Made by a program: the position numbers and the translations under genes. Positions 10,928 through 25,295 of a stretch of 64,000 nucleotides of DNA are shown piece after piece. The stretch's first letter is position 1, and every line of letters starts with the position of its first letter. The DNA comes from Massalongia carnosa. Taxonomy: Eukaryota. The notes under the pieces are model-generated. The model saw only the letters and a list, made by a program, of their open reading frames with translations, did not search any database and had not been told where the DNA came from. The stretch is from positions 2,294,001 to 2,358,000 of the forward strand of contig OZ287074.1 in assembly GCA_965645245.1 (NCBI GenBank), given 5' to 3'.

Positions 10928-13300
10928 AAAATCGCAGCCACGTTTGTCAGCTGGTACGTATAAATTAATTTCACTGTAACTGCATCCTGCTTTCTCACAC
11001 TCAATGACTTTCTCATCAATCTCCGACTTTATCATGTCGGCTCTCACAGGTGAGGATAATGCTGAAAAGAACAATAGGTCAATCCCTCTCACCGCCGAGG
11101 AATTCCTTCACTGAATTGCGCAAAGGGAAAACGGTCAGCTGAAGCACGAGGATTTAACCTTTCTTCTTCATGTGCGAGAATATACTCGTGCATAGAACAT
11201 TCTCGGAGATCAGCGACATTCCTTGCACGGATACGCATTTGATAAGCTTCGGTGAATTGCGCTCTGATGTTTCCGATATTCATGAATACTGCTAACGATA
11301 TGTAGCTACGATTACGACTCCATGACGCAGCAACTACAAATCATGTCGATCAGTTTAGAACATGAGTCCTTTGTTGCCAAGATTATGGCCATCATCAACG
11401 AGCGATTACAATCATCGGCTCAGTCGGAGCTGCAGAAGATGTTCACATCAAAGATCGAAGTATTGAATAGCGCACCGTTCCATTATACCAAAGTAAAGGA
11501 CCCCTGCTATCAATTAGAAGAGCCCTTAATATCTTTCAATTCTCTTCTCTCCAGGAATCTACGCTCGCAAAGTCTGCGCTTCTTCAATGACTATGTCACC
11601 AAACGCGCTTGCGAGGAGGTGAGTTTGTCTAAATGGTCGATTCATATGATATTCTGATTTAACAAGGCCTTCCGACATTCCGACGACGTCGTTGGTCTAG
11701 GAGAAGGCTTAGATTTCGTGCTTTCTCACTTCGCTCCAAGGTTCATCTTGAAAGATTACACACAAAAGGATTATCGTATCTTATCATCGACACAAATACA
11801 TATTTCCTTGCGGGAAATACATCAGATCATCATGAAAGTGCGAAGAACTTCTTATGTCGACAGTACAATACTCTGCAGTGGATTTGCGAAGCATGGAAAA
11901 TATCGACGATGATGTAAAACAACGACGGAATTGTTGAAGAGATGCGAATGATTAAAAGAAATTACTTGAGATTGTATGCGAACGAGTGTTAAGATCAAGA
12001 AAGAGTTTCATGTATTTTAGCGAGAATTAGAATAAAAGCAGACTTTGTCAAGACGACATCTTTTCAAACCATGCAGTGATAACCTGTTTCAGGCAAGAGA
12101 ATGCGCGATAAGATAGGACATTTAACTATAGACTCATCGTCGAATTGAGCTAGAATCCGGCTCGGGCACTCAACCTAAGAAGGGCGTGCTTGCCCATTAC
12201 CCACCAACAGGACGTGCCTACTACGACTTTGCTTTCCACGCAATCCAACCTCCAATCCACGACTGTCGCAAGCAATTTTCATCGACCGTGAACAGCTCTG
12301 CCGCAGCTGGCCGCGCAGAGCAGCTCCCCCCAAAATTCTCTCGACCGAGAAACCCCTTAACCCAGTCGCCTCGTCCTGAGAAGCAGAAGTACAAGTTTCT
12401 TTACATACCTAATTAACTTCAAATCACTGCGTCAATTTGACTTCTATTTTCTCTCATGTAAACAAAGTCTTTGAAATTGGAACTTTGCAGTCAATTCCTC
12501 AGGAGCCGAGTGCGCAGGTGTGTCGTTGCAAGAATTGGGCCGTTCAAGAGCTTCTAATGGGAAATATTGCTATGATCATGTTTCGTTCCTTTTTCTGCAA
12601 GCTTAATTAAATCTTTTCAAGCTTAGATTCTCGTTGTGTCAGAAAGCCTCATGTGCTCCCCTCTTCATGAATGGAGGCATACCTAAGCTCACGAAGTTGC
12701 GTCTGTTCGAAAAAGTCTCAACATAAGCAGATTAAGCTTGAACATAGCATCAGGATTTTGACTTCTCGTCAACATAAGAACATAAGACAAAAATGATGAT
12801 TAACGACCTGTAATCGTAGAGGTCTTGGGCGGCGGCGTTGATGAATGTGGGAAGAATTTTATTCGCCATCGTAGTGACTGAAAGACCCGAATGCCAATTA
12901 TCATCATGTTTTGGATTTGGTGTTTTGGTCCAAACTTAGGATCGTTGAGGAATTGAATGGGATGCACGTTCTTGCAATAACAATAGGAGTGCACGGACGA
13001 GAAATTCAAGAAAAGGTGAACAGCTTTGTGATGAATTTCGGAGAAGATGATAACGGACATCTGCGTAATCGATACAGATGAAAAGTGATGGTCAGGATCT
13101 TTCAACGATCATCATGGCCTCAGTCTTCTAAATAAGTTCCATTGCGAAATGGACTTCAGCTTGCTTTCTCACTCAACAACTTCACGAAATCTCAAGCAAT
13201 GGATCTTCTGCCACTCTGAAATCTTGCATAAAGCAATAACATAGCCATACGAAAATACTGAACCACATACCACATACCTACACCACCTACAAACACAAAC

Positions 13301-13728
13301 ATGTCCTTTCTTCTGCTCCTTCCGCGCCGCGCTCTAGGCACCACGAGCCCGCGCCTTTGCGCCGCGCTAGCTCGCCGCTAACTACCACAGTTCATCGCTG
13401 CTGCGGATGCCCCTACAAGGATGACCAAGACCAAAACTCGCTGAAGCCCAAGTCGACCGAGGGTAGCAAGTTCGGTACGGATCAGGGCGCCGCCGAGACG
13501 GACGCGGCGTTTGAACCGTCCAATACACGCCCTGAGGAGGAGAAAGAAGCTGCGGGCAATGAGAACAAAGGTAACCCGCTGGCTGTGAGCGGTGCTAACC
13601 AGAAGAAGTCCGTTCCGCTGGGTGATAAGGGCGGTCCGACTATGAAGGGCACGACGAAGAATGAGGGGGATGAGAAGGCTAGTGGTGGTGGTAGTCCGGA
13701 GAAGAAGGGAAAGCCACCTGCGATCTAG
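13301..13728 (+). pseudogene. Small hydrophilic fungal hypothetical protein, apparently frameshifted near the N-terminus
   Basis: ATG at 13301 in a good context (CACAAACATG) reaches a stop at ~13379. The conserved-looking body PYKDDQD..SLKPKSTEGSK..DAAFEPSNTRPEEE is in another frame. Confidence 0.45.
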
Positions 13729-13999
13729 AGATGCTGCCGAAAGGTGATGGGAGAAAAATTCATTGAGGAAAACGGAAGCTTTGCATTAGTCTGCATTTTC
13801 GGTAACCGAAGTTATGGAGTAACTCAAGTTTATCGCGAGGTGAAATAAAAGTCTCGAATCCTGCCCCTGATCACGCCACTGAACGCCGTTGCTCATCTGT
13901 GGCCGTGTGTATGCTCTTCGATACGCTAGTCCTACCAAGTTCAGTCGTATAGCATGCCTGAATCCTTATCTTCCCCCTTCTCTTGTACGGGCTTGCCCT

Positions 14000-14610
14000 T
14001 TTGGTCCTATATCTTCTTTATCCTGTCCGACGTATCCTCGCATCTAGGATTATACTTTGTTAAATGCGTTCAGCATATCGGCCAGGTTCCTTTCAGCTGC
14101 AGCCAATGTCCCACGCACTGAACTTGTGATTTTGAAGGCACTGCAGCTCGACCATAAGGGGGTATAGATCGTTCAAGAACTTCTCGGTGCATATGGGACA
14201 CGCGTTATCTGGTTTTGGGCTCTTCTTCGGTATCCACTCCAGCACGTTTAAGAATTCCTGTGAAACTCCCTTCATATCCTTCGGCGGGTTGAAGATGTCG
14301 CTGTTCAGAGATTCTATGAGAGATATAAGGAAGTCCTTGTTGGCAGTCTCAGGTGCATCTCGAGCGAGGGTTTTAAACTGGACATGTACGAGGCGAAAGC
14401 GATATTTGGTACGGTAAGCGGATTGTTGCGCTGAGCTGACTCATTTGAAGAGAAGGAATCATTGCTGACTTGATGGCGCAGGGAGTTGAAGCTGAATATG
14501 ACGATCTACCTTCGGCGACGCGGCGCCGGTTCGATCTTGATGCCGTGCTCGACTGAGTGATGCTGTTAGCTTCTGCTTCAAGGTGGACATGGAGAGTGGG
14601 ATGACCAAAC
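14000..14610 (-). pseudogene. Degenerate RING-H2 finger protein gene
   Basis: KGVSQEFL..CPICTEKFLNDLYPLMVELQC..NHKF gives the first half of a RING-H2 domain; the second half is eroded and upstream exons contain stops. Confidence 0.55.
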
Positions 14611-15089
14611 TTAGTGTTGGGTCGTCATGCTAGAATTGTGTCTTGAAAGGCGATGAGATGTTGGCATTAGTACTTCCTGCAGGAGCGATAATTCTGGGGA
14701 GAATGAGGTCGAGAGAATGGAACTTTCAAAGGTGAGCTTTGAGGAAGCAACCCTACTGACGTGAGCTTTTCAGGCACAAGCTGCTGACGCGGGACCTTGG
14801 GTTATACAGGCTTAGTCCCAATAGTTCTAGCTCAGCCCTGCAGGCTGTCATGACTGTTATAAGCAGTCACCTTCTTAGTGATTTCAGCATTATGCCGTCA
14901 ACTGTTCATGTAACATACAGATCCAACGAAAACGCCAAATCCCTTCAATCACCCCGGTTTTTGCTCAAACCGCGCTGTAGCAGCAAATGCAACGACCGGT
15001 CCCTTCTCCATGCGTGCTAAAGATGTAATTGTCTATGATCATCTGTGTCCCATGTCGAACTGATGCTGAGGGATTCGACTCTACTTCTG

Positions 15090-15560
15090 TAGCAGATGAT
15101 GGTGAGATTTCTTGATACTCATCTATGCCGAGAGCCGACAGCTTCCCAAGTTGATGGCATCAATGGCTCGGGTTGTCTCCGGCCCCGTACGTCTGAGGCT
15201 ACAGCTATCGATCTGCTCAAACCAACGATCTGTGAGCGCATCTTTGATGGAAATGCGTTTCACCGGATCTGGATGTATTATTCGCAAGGCTAAGCTTTTT
15301 AGCAATGGATTTTTGAGATTGACAAACACCGGATCACAGTTGGGGAGCTCGAAGCCCGATGATGAGTCCGTCGGGATACGTGACCGTGAACTTCTCACAG
15401 CAAAACTGGCTAGGTCTCAGGCCGAATGAAAGATTAGGCACGGGTTACCAGCCTACCTAATGATTATCTCTTGATTCACAGTCAAAATAATTCCAAGAGA
15501 TATCCTTATAACTTTGGCCTCTGAGGCTTAAAGTTCAGGTGTATTGACTCGATCGGATTG
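15090..15560 (-). pseudogene. Degenerate protein kinase C-lobe fragment
   Basis: IHLNFKP (catalytic-loop-like) and LALRIIHPDPVKRISIKDALTDRWF (subdomain XI-like), interrupted by stops. Confidence 0.45.
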
Positions 15561-15882
15561 ATTCATCAGGACCGTAAGACATGAGCTTCTTGATATCAGA
15601 GTTGATCTTGGATTCACTCGTTTGAAGAGGTCCTTGTCGCTTCCCGAGATCTCAGTACTATTTAAGACCGAGTTCTTTCAATTCGATTCATCCTCGTTCT
15701 TTTCTTTCTCGTCTTCGATAACGCTTTCTGGCGCATCTTCATTCCGGCCTTCACTTTGTCTGCAGCCGCAGGAGCCTTATTGAGCGAGGTCTCATTTTCA
15801 AGAAGCCGTTGAAAGGCAACTCTCGATTTGACTTTCTTCTGCAGTCGCTTTAAGCTCTATCTCGGCGTTTCTAGGTTCTTGT

Positions 15883-16215
15883 TGTAATGTGCAAAGTCAC
15901 CCGGCTGATGCCTAGTAAAGTGTTCAGAGTCACATAGTACCGCATTGGGATTAGTGCGTTGGTAAGAACATTAGGCAACACATAACGACCTCGAGAAGCA
16001 CCGCAAAACTTCTATGAACATTCCCATCGAGTCATAAATTGGATATGAGTCAATCACCAATCTTAGATTTCTAGGAAGCAGGAAGGTGAGTCATAGGGAG
16101 AACGGTTTTCGGCATGTTTTTCTATCTATATAAACACGGTCCTTAGATAGGTAGATAGAAACATCAATCGTTTCAAAAGTGAGCTTTTTACTATGCCAGC
16201 AGAGCTTCTATTACA
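15883..16215. mobile_element. Possible solo LTR
   Basis: TGTAAT...ATTACA inverted termini and an internal TATA-like box, but flanks (CTTGT / ATAGT) are not a clean TSD. Confidence 0.35.
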
Positions 16216-16379
16216 ATAGTTCTTGAAAGAAAAGTCGAGAGATCGACCTTGAAGGATCTGATTGTCTCATCGCTTCTATTCTAAAATTTCAGCTATATTG
16301 ACAATCGCAGTTAAAATTTCTTGTTTCTTAAACTTGACAGTAATTCGGCAATGTAATTATTGAGAAGAGCGTCACTTAT

Positions 16380-16917
16380 CGAGGTGCTTAGGGACAGTCC
16401 CCCCCCGACCGTCCCCCCCCTGTGTAAATCTTTGCTAGTAAACAGCCATTTCAATGCTTATCCAGGGTGCGTACAAGCTAGCATATTAAACTCTTTTCGG
16501 TTTAAATCGTATGACGTGTTATTGCTACTAATATTTCCCCTACTCGGTCTGATAAAGCATACCCTCACCCTCACCCTCAGCCTCAGCCTCACTTACCATT
16601 TGCCCTTGCCCTTGTCCTAACCCTTTGCCCTCCCTAAATCTTCCCTTCCACTATGCTATACCTCATATTATATATTTTACTACTCCTCATCGCGATGGAG
16701 TTCGATCCCACTTCTTTGGATGCACGGAAGCAACATGCCATTGCCCTTCTACCCCTACCTCACCTCCTCCCTCCGCAAGAGAATGAGTTATTTTCGTCTT
16801 GGGAGGAGGCAAAGTCTCGTCTTCAAGTCTATGCCTTCACCCAAGGCTTCGCGTTGGTCACAGAAACTCACGATAAGAAAAACCATTTAATCGTAATAGA
16901 CTGCACACGCCACCGAG
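16380..16917 (+). mobile_element. 5' fragment of a Mutator-like (MULE) transposon
   Basis: TIR-like GGGACAGTCCCCCCC..GTCCCCCCC, then MEFDP..FSSWEEAKSRLQVYAFTQGFALV..IDCTRH (FAR1-like DNA-binding start), cut off at ~16917. Confidence 0.6.
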
Positions 16918-18797
16918 AAGACTCGGGAAGTCCCCCACTGTCCCCCAGCGAAAATCATTCCAAATTAGGACTAGCTACAAGCCACCTTCCCATACTAAAT
17001 ATGTGCACGTCCACCGTCTCTCCGCAAGCTTCCTATAGCTGATTTAGCTTAGCCCCGCATTCTGAAAAATCCTCATCTACTACTATTACTACTACTCCTA
17101 CCACTCATTGCGATGATCTCAATTCCGAAAATGCATCACTCAATTGCGAAACATCATCCTTTCTAGGCTTCATAGTCTTAGCAACCTTTCTTGCAGCTGC
17201 GTTTTTCCTCTCCTCAGCCCTTGCTTGTTTGGCCGCTTGGTCGGCCCTCTGCTGAGACTCCAACTCCAACTGAGCCTTCGGTTTTTTGGCTACCACACCC
17301 CGTGACCCTCGTGTTGTTGTTGCAGACGATGTGGATGGTAGCTGGCTAGCGCGGATGATTTTTTGACTGAGGCTATAAAGGGAAGGAGCTTTTGGAAAGG
17401 GAACCGTTTGGGAAAGAGCCTTTTGGCTATGTTTAGCCAGCACTTCATCAATATCTTCAAATGAATCGGAAGAAGATGCCGGGGATGGAGGGATAAAATC
17501 ATCATTCTCATTCAGAGAGAGTGGAGGATCGGGGGTAGGCTGAGTTGCTATATATTGCAGGTCATCGTCGTCAGATACGATGATAGCATCTCCGGAATCT
17601 ATACCGAATATTACCCGCGCTACATCGATCGATTTGCTGATATCGTGGGTTTTTTATCATCAATCATACCCTTGTCTTCACCGCCTGCCCGCAATTCATC
17701 CTCATGCCTTCTTCTCCTCCCTTCTTCAATCGAGTCCTTACGTTTAGCAGTAGCACGTCGCTGCTTAGCTTCATCTGCCTCAGCTGTGTTAAATGGCAAG
17801 GTTACCATCGGTTAGATGGTCAGACTACCACTAACATAGGCATCCATCGTGAGCCTCGGGAGGTGCCTTGCAAAGTGCCAAAAAAAAGCAGATATGGGAG
17901 TCAAGGTCTGATCGTCAGGGTGCCTAAACAAGCAAATATGGGGAGACAAGGTCTGACCGTTTAGGCTCCTAGATGTGACTGTTTTGTGACTGCTATATAA
18001 AGCAGACAAATAGCCCACATAGATAATCACCTTCAATGACAATCATGCTACTATACCTACAAAGTGAATTTATATTTCATAAGCTGCCTCACGGCCAGTG
18101 TAAGCCCGCCGGCGACTCCCACTCTTTTTATACATGAGGTTGTCATTCGGTCGGATCTCGTCGGGGAAAGTTGTAGGGATAAGTGGCCTCGCCAGCTCCT
18201 TATCCTGCCATTTTCTATTGAAAATAGCAGTGAATTTGGCGAATTCACGGGCGTATCCCTCCCTTCTATGCACATTTTCTATTGATTTATGAATATCAGT
18301 AGATTGATGTGCGGCCGCATGCAGCAAATCAACACCCCCGCGACGAAATGTATTCCCAGTATTATTGTCAACTGCCTTCTCGATCTCCTCTTCCGGCTCA
18401 GATTCTTGTCTTTGTTGAGCATTCCCCCCCTCATCCGCCTCCTCATCCTGCTCTTCTGTGGTCTTCCTGTGAGCTGCTCTCCGAAACATCTCAGCGAAAT
18501 TTATGGTGGGGTCGAAAACCATGCTCCACGAGACCACAGGAGGCGGGCCATCGAAAAACCAGCGGGGATGAATGAGGGAGATAGGTATGGGGATAACATC
18601 AATGACGCAACGATACAATCATACATACAATCCTCACCGGTTGGTTCGATTAATGCAGTCCCTTCAACTCTAAAAGAAACCTGTTGATTGAAATCTTCGG
18701 CTAAAAGTTTAGCTGCATCCAACTCTCTAGATATGAGGTCAATAGCATGATGAGTTATTAAACCTATAAGGTCTTTGAACGCACTTCTATCCATCGA
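16918..18797 (-). mobile_element. 3' half of a MULE transposon in the opposite orientation
   Basis: Terminal GGGAAGTCCCCCACTGTCCCCC resembles the 16390 terminus. Minus-strand frames give FKDLIGLITHHAIDLI...C..DC...PIPISLIHPRW, typical of MULE transposase C-termini. Confidence 0.55.
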
Positions 18798-21562
18798 AAT
18801 CTCGTGGCGAAAAACAGATGGGTCCAGGCCCTTTACGTTTGACGATCATGTGCAGATGTGGTCCGACACCGACTGGGACCTGAGGCAGTTAAAACATCGC
18901 CATTCTCGCACCACCTCTGCTGCCAATGCCAGCAATCCTCCGACCACTAGACGAGGAAACGCACCTACCACGACTAGCACCTCCAACATGACCACACGCA
19001 TCACCCCGGCCGTCACCACACCTGCTGCCCTGTCGCCGCTGCCGGCGGCGATCCCATGGATCTGAGTTCAGTAATGGCCGCCGTTCGAGGCCATAAGTTG
19101 ACGGATCTAGGAGTCCGTAAGATCTGTGATGACTGGAAGCTATGCTTCTACTGTCGACGTCAACATCCGGGTACCATTGGTGACTGCCCGAATCGAAAGA
19201 CAACCGCGGTTCGCTCTCTTGTCCTATATGAGGGATCATCAAATGCACAATCAACGCCGATATCAACGTCACAGATATCGAAGGTCCAGGAGGTGGAAAA
19301 AGCTTAGTCTCTGCGCATATTCGCGCGCAGAGACAACCAGATTTCTTGATTTCTTCTTGCCTGCTGTCCACATCGTTTACACCGCCGCTCATGTCTAGCA
19401 ATCGTTTTTCGGCGGCTTCTGCTCTTACTCTTTTGAAACTGATGAGACATTTAGAGATAGTCATATGATTATCTCTTGTATATTACGTCATTTTCAAATC
19501 AGAATAAAAGCTTTGATTCTTGTGGACAGTAGTGCATCTGGATATTCCTTTATTGATCAAGATTTCGCGCGTTTTCATAACTTCCCCTTACACCAATTGA
19601 AATATCCTAGACGACTTTCCGGCTTCGATGGCCAGCCAGCATTGACTAGCAACATAGCTCACATCGCCGAAGTTACCATGGACCTAAATGGGCATGTAGA
19701 AAAGCTCTTTCTTTATGTAACAGGATTAAGACATTACCCCATTGTTTTGGGCCACCCATGGCTTCGCAGACACGGAGTCATTAAAAACTTTTCCAACAAC
19801 ACCTTGTCCCTATCGTCCCCCTTTTGCCTTGCACACTGCTGCCCTTCACCTGTAATGGTGCAATCAGCCACCACGAAAGAAGAAGAATTCTTTATGCCTG
19901 CCGAAAGTCAGAAGGTATGGCAATCAGAAGAAACAGCTCTGCAGACCAATCAACCCGAGCTCTCCATCTTTGAATATCAAAAAGAAGATGGCCCAAGCCG
20001 AATACTCACCGCCATTCAGAGAGGCACAACTCCGAAAATCAGACCACGATCACAAAGCTATGTACGTGTCAGACCCCAATCAGTTCGGACACTCAGTCCA
20101 ATCCAGAAACCCAATCAGACTCAGATATCCAGCTCAGTTCAGACAATCAACTCAACTCAGACATTCTGCAGCAATTCGTCACAAATTTGCGAAGTCAGCG
20201 CAGTAACTTTCGATCGCCTTGCTAGAAAGAAAAATCACGAGATATTTAGTATCTCACTTCATGAAATCGATCGCTTTTTAGGAATAAAAGCACCTCCCAG
20301 TCCCAGTCCCAGTCCCAGTCCCAGTCATTCCGACCCTAGCTCATCCATTAGCCAAATAGCGATGCAGGCCTTTCCACCATTGAATCCGAAGGCCTGCCCT
20401 AGCCATAAGGATATGCATATGACCATCTGCAAAATGAATAAGGAGCTAACCTTAGAAACATTCGTAACTCAAGAAGAGCTTGAAGCCATTCGGGAACGAA
20501 GGAACGTTGACCCGAGCACCATCTTACCGCAACAATATCACGAATTCCTAGACGTTTTTTCTAGAAAAGAACACGAAGTGCTTCCAGAGCGCCGACCCTA
20601 CGACCATGCCATCAATTTGAAAGATGACTTCCAACCTCCAAATCAAGCGTTATAAGGCATGAGCCGCGACGAAATAGAAGAACTCCGTCGGTATTTAGAC
20701 GATAATTTGGCCAAGGGGTTCATTCGTGCCAGCCGTTCGCATGCGGCGTCTCCTGTCATGTTCGTGAAAAAGCCCGGAGGGGGCCTTCGCTTCTGTGTTG
20801 ATTACAGAGGCCTGAATGCCGTCACTATCAAGAATAAATATCCGTTGCCATTGATAGCCGAGACCTTGAATCGTTTGTCCAGAGCTAAAATATTTACTAA
20901 ATTAGATATAATAGCAGCCTTTAATCGCCTACGCATAAAGGAAGGCGACGAAGAACTCACCGCATTCCGCACAAGATTTGGTCTATTTGAGTACCTGGTA
21001 ATGCCTTTCGGGTTGTGTAATAGACCCGCCTCTTTTCAGCACTTTATCAACGATACTCTGCGACAGTATCTGGACGACTTTTGCACCGCATATTTGGATG
21101 ACATTTTGATATAAAGTGACGTTGAATCAGAGCACGAGATTCACATCAAAAGAATTCTGATCAAACTGCGTGAGGCAGGCCTTCAAGCAGACATCACTAA
21201 ATGCGCATTCCATATGAAAGAAGTTTCATATCTAGGTCTAATCGTGACCACAGAGGGGATAAAAATGGACCCTGCCAAAGTCGAAACTGTTATTAACTGG
21301 CCCACTCCCAAAACGTGAAAGACGTACAGAGCTTCTTAGGGTTTGCGAACTTCTACAGACGATTCAATCTGAGGTTTAGCATGATTGCTGGCCCATTAAC
21401 CAACCTCACACGAAAAGACGTGAAATTTTTATGGACTGATAAATGTCAGCAAGCTTTCGACACTATGAAGAGGACCTTCACCTCAGACGTAGTCTTATTG
21501 CACTTCGATCCAGACAAGCCAATTATAGTGGAGACAGACGCCTCTGATTATATATCCGCCGG
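18798..21562 (+). mobile_element. Truncated, degenerate Ty3/Gypsy internal region (gag end, protease, RT, start of RNase H)
   Basis: PMDL and CFYC knuckle in gag; protease [35 protein letters not shown] and YLDDILI; RNase [10 protein letters not shown]. Internal stops and frameshifts; integrase and LTRs missing. Confidence 0.9.
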
Positions 21563-23900
21563 AATTCGAACTTCGAAAATTTCTGCACTCATATCTGCAT
21601 GCATTCCATTCGTCATTGCATGCACATTAACCAATCAGCTATCAATATGAATCTTGCCCCTCCCACCCACATGCTGAACGAAACATATGGATCGCTCAAT
21701 CTTCTTCTTGTCGCCATGCAAAAACACGCAGGCCCTGAGGGATATGCTGCCTGCCAGCTTCGCACCAAAAAGTGTGCGACCACTGGATTGATAGAGACAT
21801 GTTATATTTCTTGCGACCGAGGACGAAAGGACCGTCAGCCTCGAGGACAGAAACGCTTACATAGAACCTCCAGGACCATTGACTGTCCTTTCTCTGTAGT
21901 GGTCAAGTCTAAAGACGATGAATGGATAGCTCGCGATATTCGAAATCCAGGCCACAATCACTCTGCTACCGTAGAAGGCTCTCATCTATCGCTCAGAAAA
22001 CTTGCTATCAACCCAGCTATAGCTGATGAAATTGTGCGCGCAACGAAGGTGCAAATGAAACCGAGTCAAATCCTTTCGTCTCTTCGGCTCGGTCAGACTG
22101 ACGATATAAATGACAATAATCCTCTTTTCAAGCGACAAGATATTTACAATGCGAAGGCGGAAATTCGACACAAGGCACTAGGACGACTGACTCCCATTCA
22201 GGCGTTGATGCAGGAGTTAAATCGGCCTCATTGGTATGTACGGAGAAGATGCAATGTTTTACATACTAAATTGCAGTAGGAATTCGTTTTATCTCAAAGA
22301 CAATCTCGATCGCATAACACATCTTTATTTCAGCAAAGATTACTGTCAAAGCACCCTGATGACCAACCCCGACGTGTTAATCATGGACTGCACCTATAAA
22401 ACCAACAGATACAAATTACCATTGATATCAACAATGGGAACAACGGCCCTAAACACCACATTTTTTGTGGGGTTTTCCTTTCTTCGTCAAGAACGTAAAG
22501 AGGACTATGTTTGGTTTCTTCAACAATTAAAAACCCTTATCGAATGTTGAATATTTCCTATCCAAAGGTAGTAGTCACCGATCGAGAATTGGCCTCATGG
22601 CCGCTATTACAGTGTGTTTCCTGACACACGTCATTTGTTATACTTGTGGCATATTCACAGGAATGTTCAGGAGCATTGGAAACCTGTTTTTAGACATAGT
22701 GCTCATTCCGACGATGACTGGATGGCCTTCGAAAGCATGTGGCATGCGGTGGTTTGTTCAAAGACTGAAGAGGAATATGAGGTCAATTGGGACGCTCTGA
22801 ATGATGCTTATTCACATGATCATTCAGCGGAAGTGCAGTATCTGGTAGACACATGGCTAGCCCCATATAAACGAAAATTCGTCAAGGCATTCGTCGACAA
22901 AGTTCTTCATTTCGACAATATTGCTACCTCTAGGGTGGAGGGGGGCCATTTTGTCTTGAAACATCAGTTGGGATTTTCTACCGGTGATCTCAAAACGGTG
23001 TTTGACAAGATTGATTTGTTACTAAAGAATCAGCATCAAGAGTACGTGAAACACTAGATGAGGCTAAAATGCGCTTTGCTACCCGACTACGAAACCTCTT
23101 TACAGCGATGTAAGGGCTTATATCACGCCTTTTGCATTGTTGAAGGTGCATAGTCAGTACGAACGTCTTTTGGATCAAACGACCCCTCTTTCATTATGTA
23201 CCGGTGCATTTCGAGCAACAATGGGGCTACCATGTGCTCATGAAATCCAGGAAAGTTGATAAACTGAAGGAAATAGCCCTGAAAACGTACTAATTCTATT
23301 GCAATTAGGTTCGACTTTCTGGCCCGGCCCCCAATGTGCTTCAGCGCGACGACATTCACATCAAATGGTGTTTTCAGCGCCCCCTTGATCGGGCTCATTA
23401 TCGCCACGAATCACCACCTCCAAATGTCATCGATCCTTTGCTATTGGTGCGCGACCCCGAGGTAGTAGCCCGACCCCGAGGGCGTCCGTCAATCGCGATG
23501 CGTTTACAATCGGAAAGAGCTCAACGGGAGGCTGATAACTCTACCCAACGGGAGTTATCAGGGTTCGAACATGTCGAGGAGGTGTTGAATGGGCCTCCGA
23601 GGCGAGGGCGGGGGCGAGGGCGGGGTCGAGGTCGAGGACGAGGGCGAGGGCGAGGGCGAGGCCGGGGCAGAGGGCAGTCACAAGGTGAAGGGGTGGCCTC
23701 CTGTGAAGCTATTCAATCGATTGAAGTAGATGGAGTGGGTTTGCTCCAGGCCTTTCAAATGTAAACACGAAATGAAGCCCAATTCAATGAAACAATCATC
23801 GAGAAAGCATCAAACGACTGTCTAAAACACACCTGAATTCATCAAATCGAGCCTGTTTTCTCCAGTTATTACTGCGCCCGAGGGAAATTTATACCCGATT
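21563..23900 (+). mobile_element. Degenerate MULE transposase gene; boundaries approximate
   Basis: FAR1-like domain (CDRG..CPF..GHNH), probable intron ~22234-22279, MULE core LIMDCTYKTNRYKLPL, VVTDRE, LWHIHRN and TSRVEGGH, plus a C-terminal (GR)n tract. Several frameshifts. Confidence 0.85.
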
Positions 23901-24105
23901 TGGTTAGCTTACTTGGGGGTGTTAATGTAGTGTTGTCCCGGTATTGATTCCCTTATTTTAACAGCAAAGAAGATCCCATGATTACGTTTATTGATGATCG
24001 AACTCTAATTTGATGACTTATAATGACGAATTTTCGACAATAAACCTGTTTAGAAGACACAATTAAATTAAAAGAACGCACCAGCTTGTTGGAGGCTAGT
24101 GAAGT

Positions 24106-24458
24106 TGTCACCGTGACGGACGGCACCAGGCATGTAAGCGGGATAGGGCTGGACGCTAGCAGGGAGGTGAAAAACTCTTCACCTCCTCCATCCCCTTATC
24201 TCTTCTCTCTTTCCTCATCAACACTCATCAAAAATTGTGTTTCGCTGTTTCTCCCATCCGCCCTCTCCTACACAGTCTGTCGCTTAGAAAGATGGAGTAT
24301 GTCTTGACCCCAAGGTTAGCATCCACAGCGTCCATGGACCCCGTAGCCTACCTGTTGCGGCTCCGTACCCGGCGCGGACGGCGCACGAACGGTGTCATGC
24401 CACACCCTAGGGTCAGGACTTTGCCCAAACACTAGAATAGTGCGTTTCACTAGCGACA
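24106..24458. mobile_element. Possible solo LTR
   Basis: TGTCA...CGACA termini and LTR-like length; no clear TSD. Confidence 0.4.
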
Positions 24459-25295
24459 ATTAAAGCGTCATAAAACTGATTAATAATTTCGTATTACACT
24501 TCAGAATTAAAAATATCAACATTCAATATTACTTCATACGAAATGAGTGTCATGGAATTACCTCGCACCCTCCCACGTTTCCTGATCGGGTTAGTATTTA
24601 ACAGGCTCTCTTGCCGTGAAACCTGCCCTGCATGTTGAATAGAACCGTGGCCCGTTATTCCAAACTATCCTGAAACCTCACCCCATATGTTCAGACGTTC
24701 TTTCGCTGCCTTTAGTGCACTCCCAAACTCCTATATCCCGAATCCAATCTCAACGTCTCCACTATCCAAGCCTACGACTGGGATTGCCCAGCAGAGAGAG
24801 ATTGCTTCGGCATGGAGAAAGACGGAACAGGTCAAAGCGATCATGGTTAGGAAATTAGAACAGGAACAGAGATGAGGGCAAGTCAAGAATAGGGGAGTTG
24901 GAAGCCATGGCTATAAAACCTATGTGGTTTCTCAGGTGTTTGGAGCTCTTCGTCGGACGTCTTGTATATGTTGAAACTTGAGACGGTTGATTGTTCTATA
25001 GAGGGAGAAGAGCGGCTAATATACATTCAGCTGACTAAGCATAGAAACTTCCAGAACTAGGGCAGTGCAATTCAACACTCCCTCTCACTGCCATAGGTCT
25101 TATTCGCCTCGCTGAAGCTATCCCGGCGTCGATGACAGTCTGCTCCCTCTGATGCTTTAGTTCCTGATGTAGCTCCCTCTGAACCCGAATCCCATTCTTG
25201 ACTTATTATTGCCCTTGACAGCCTCATTAAAACCGGCCTAACCACCTTTCACACGTGGGTGGAAATCGGAAAGAGTGCTGTGGGATTGGTCTGTT

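Noticed and set aside
17811..18041. Solo LTR inside the MULE fragment
   Set aside because: Only one canonical terminus (TGACA) and no convincing TSD.
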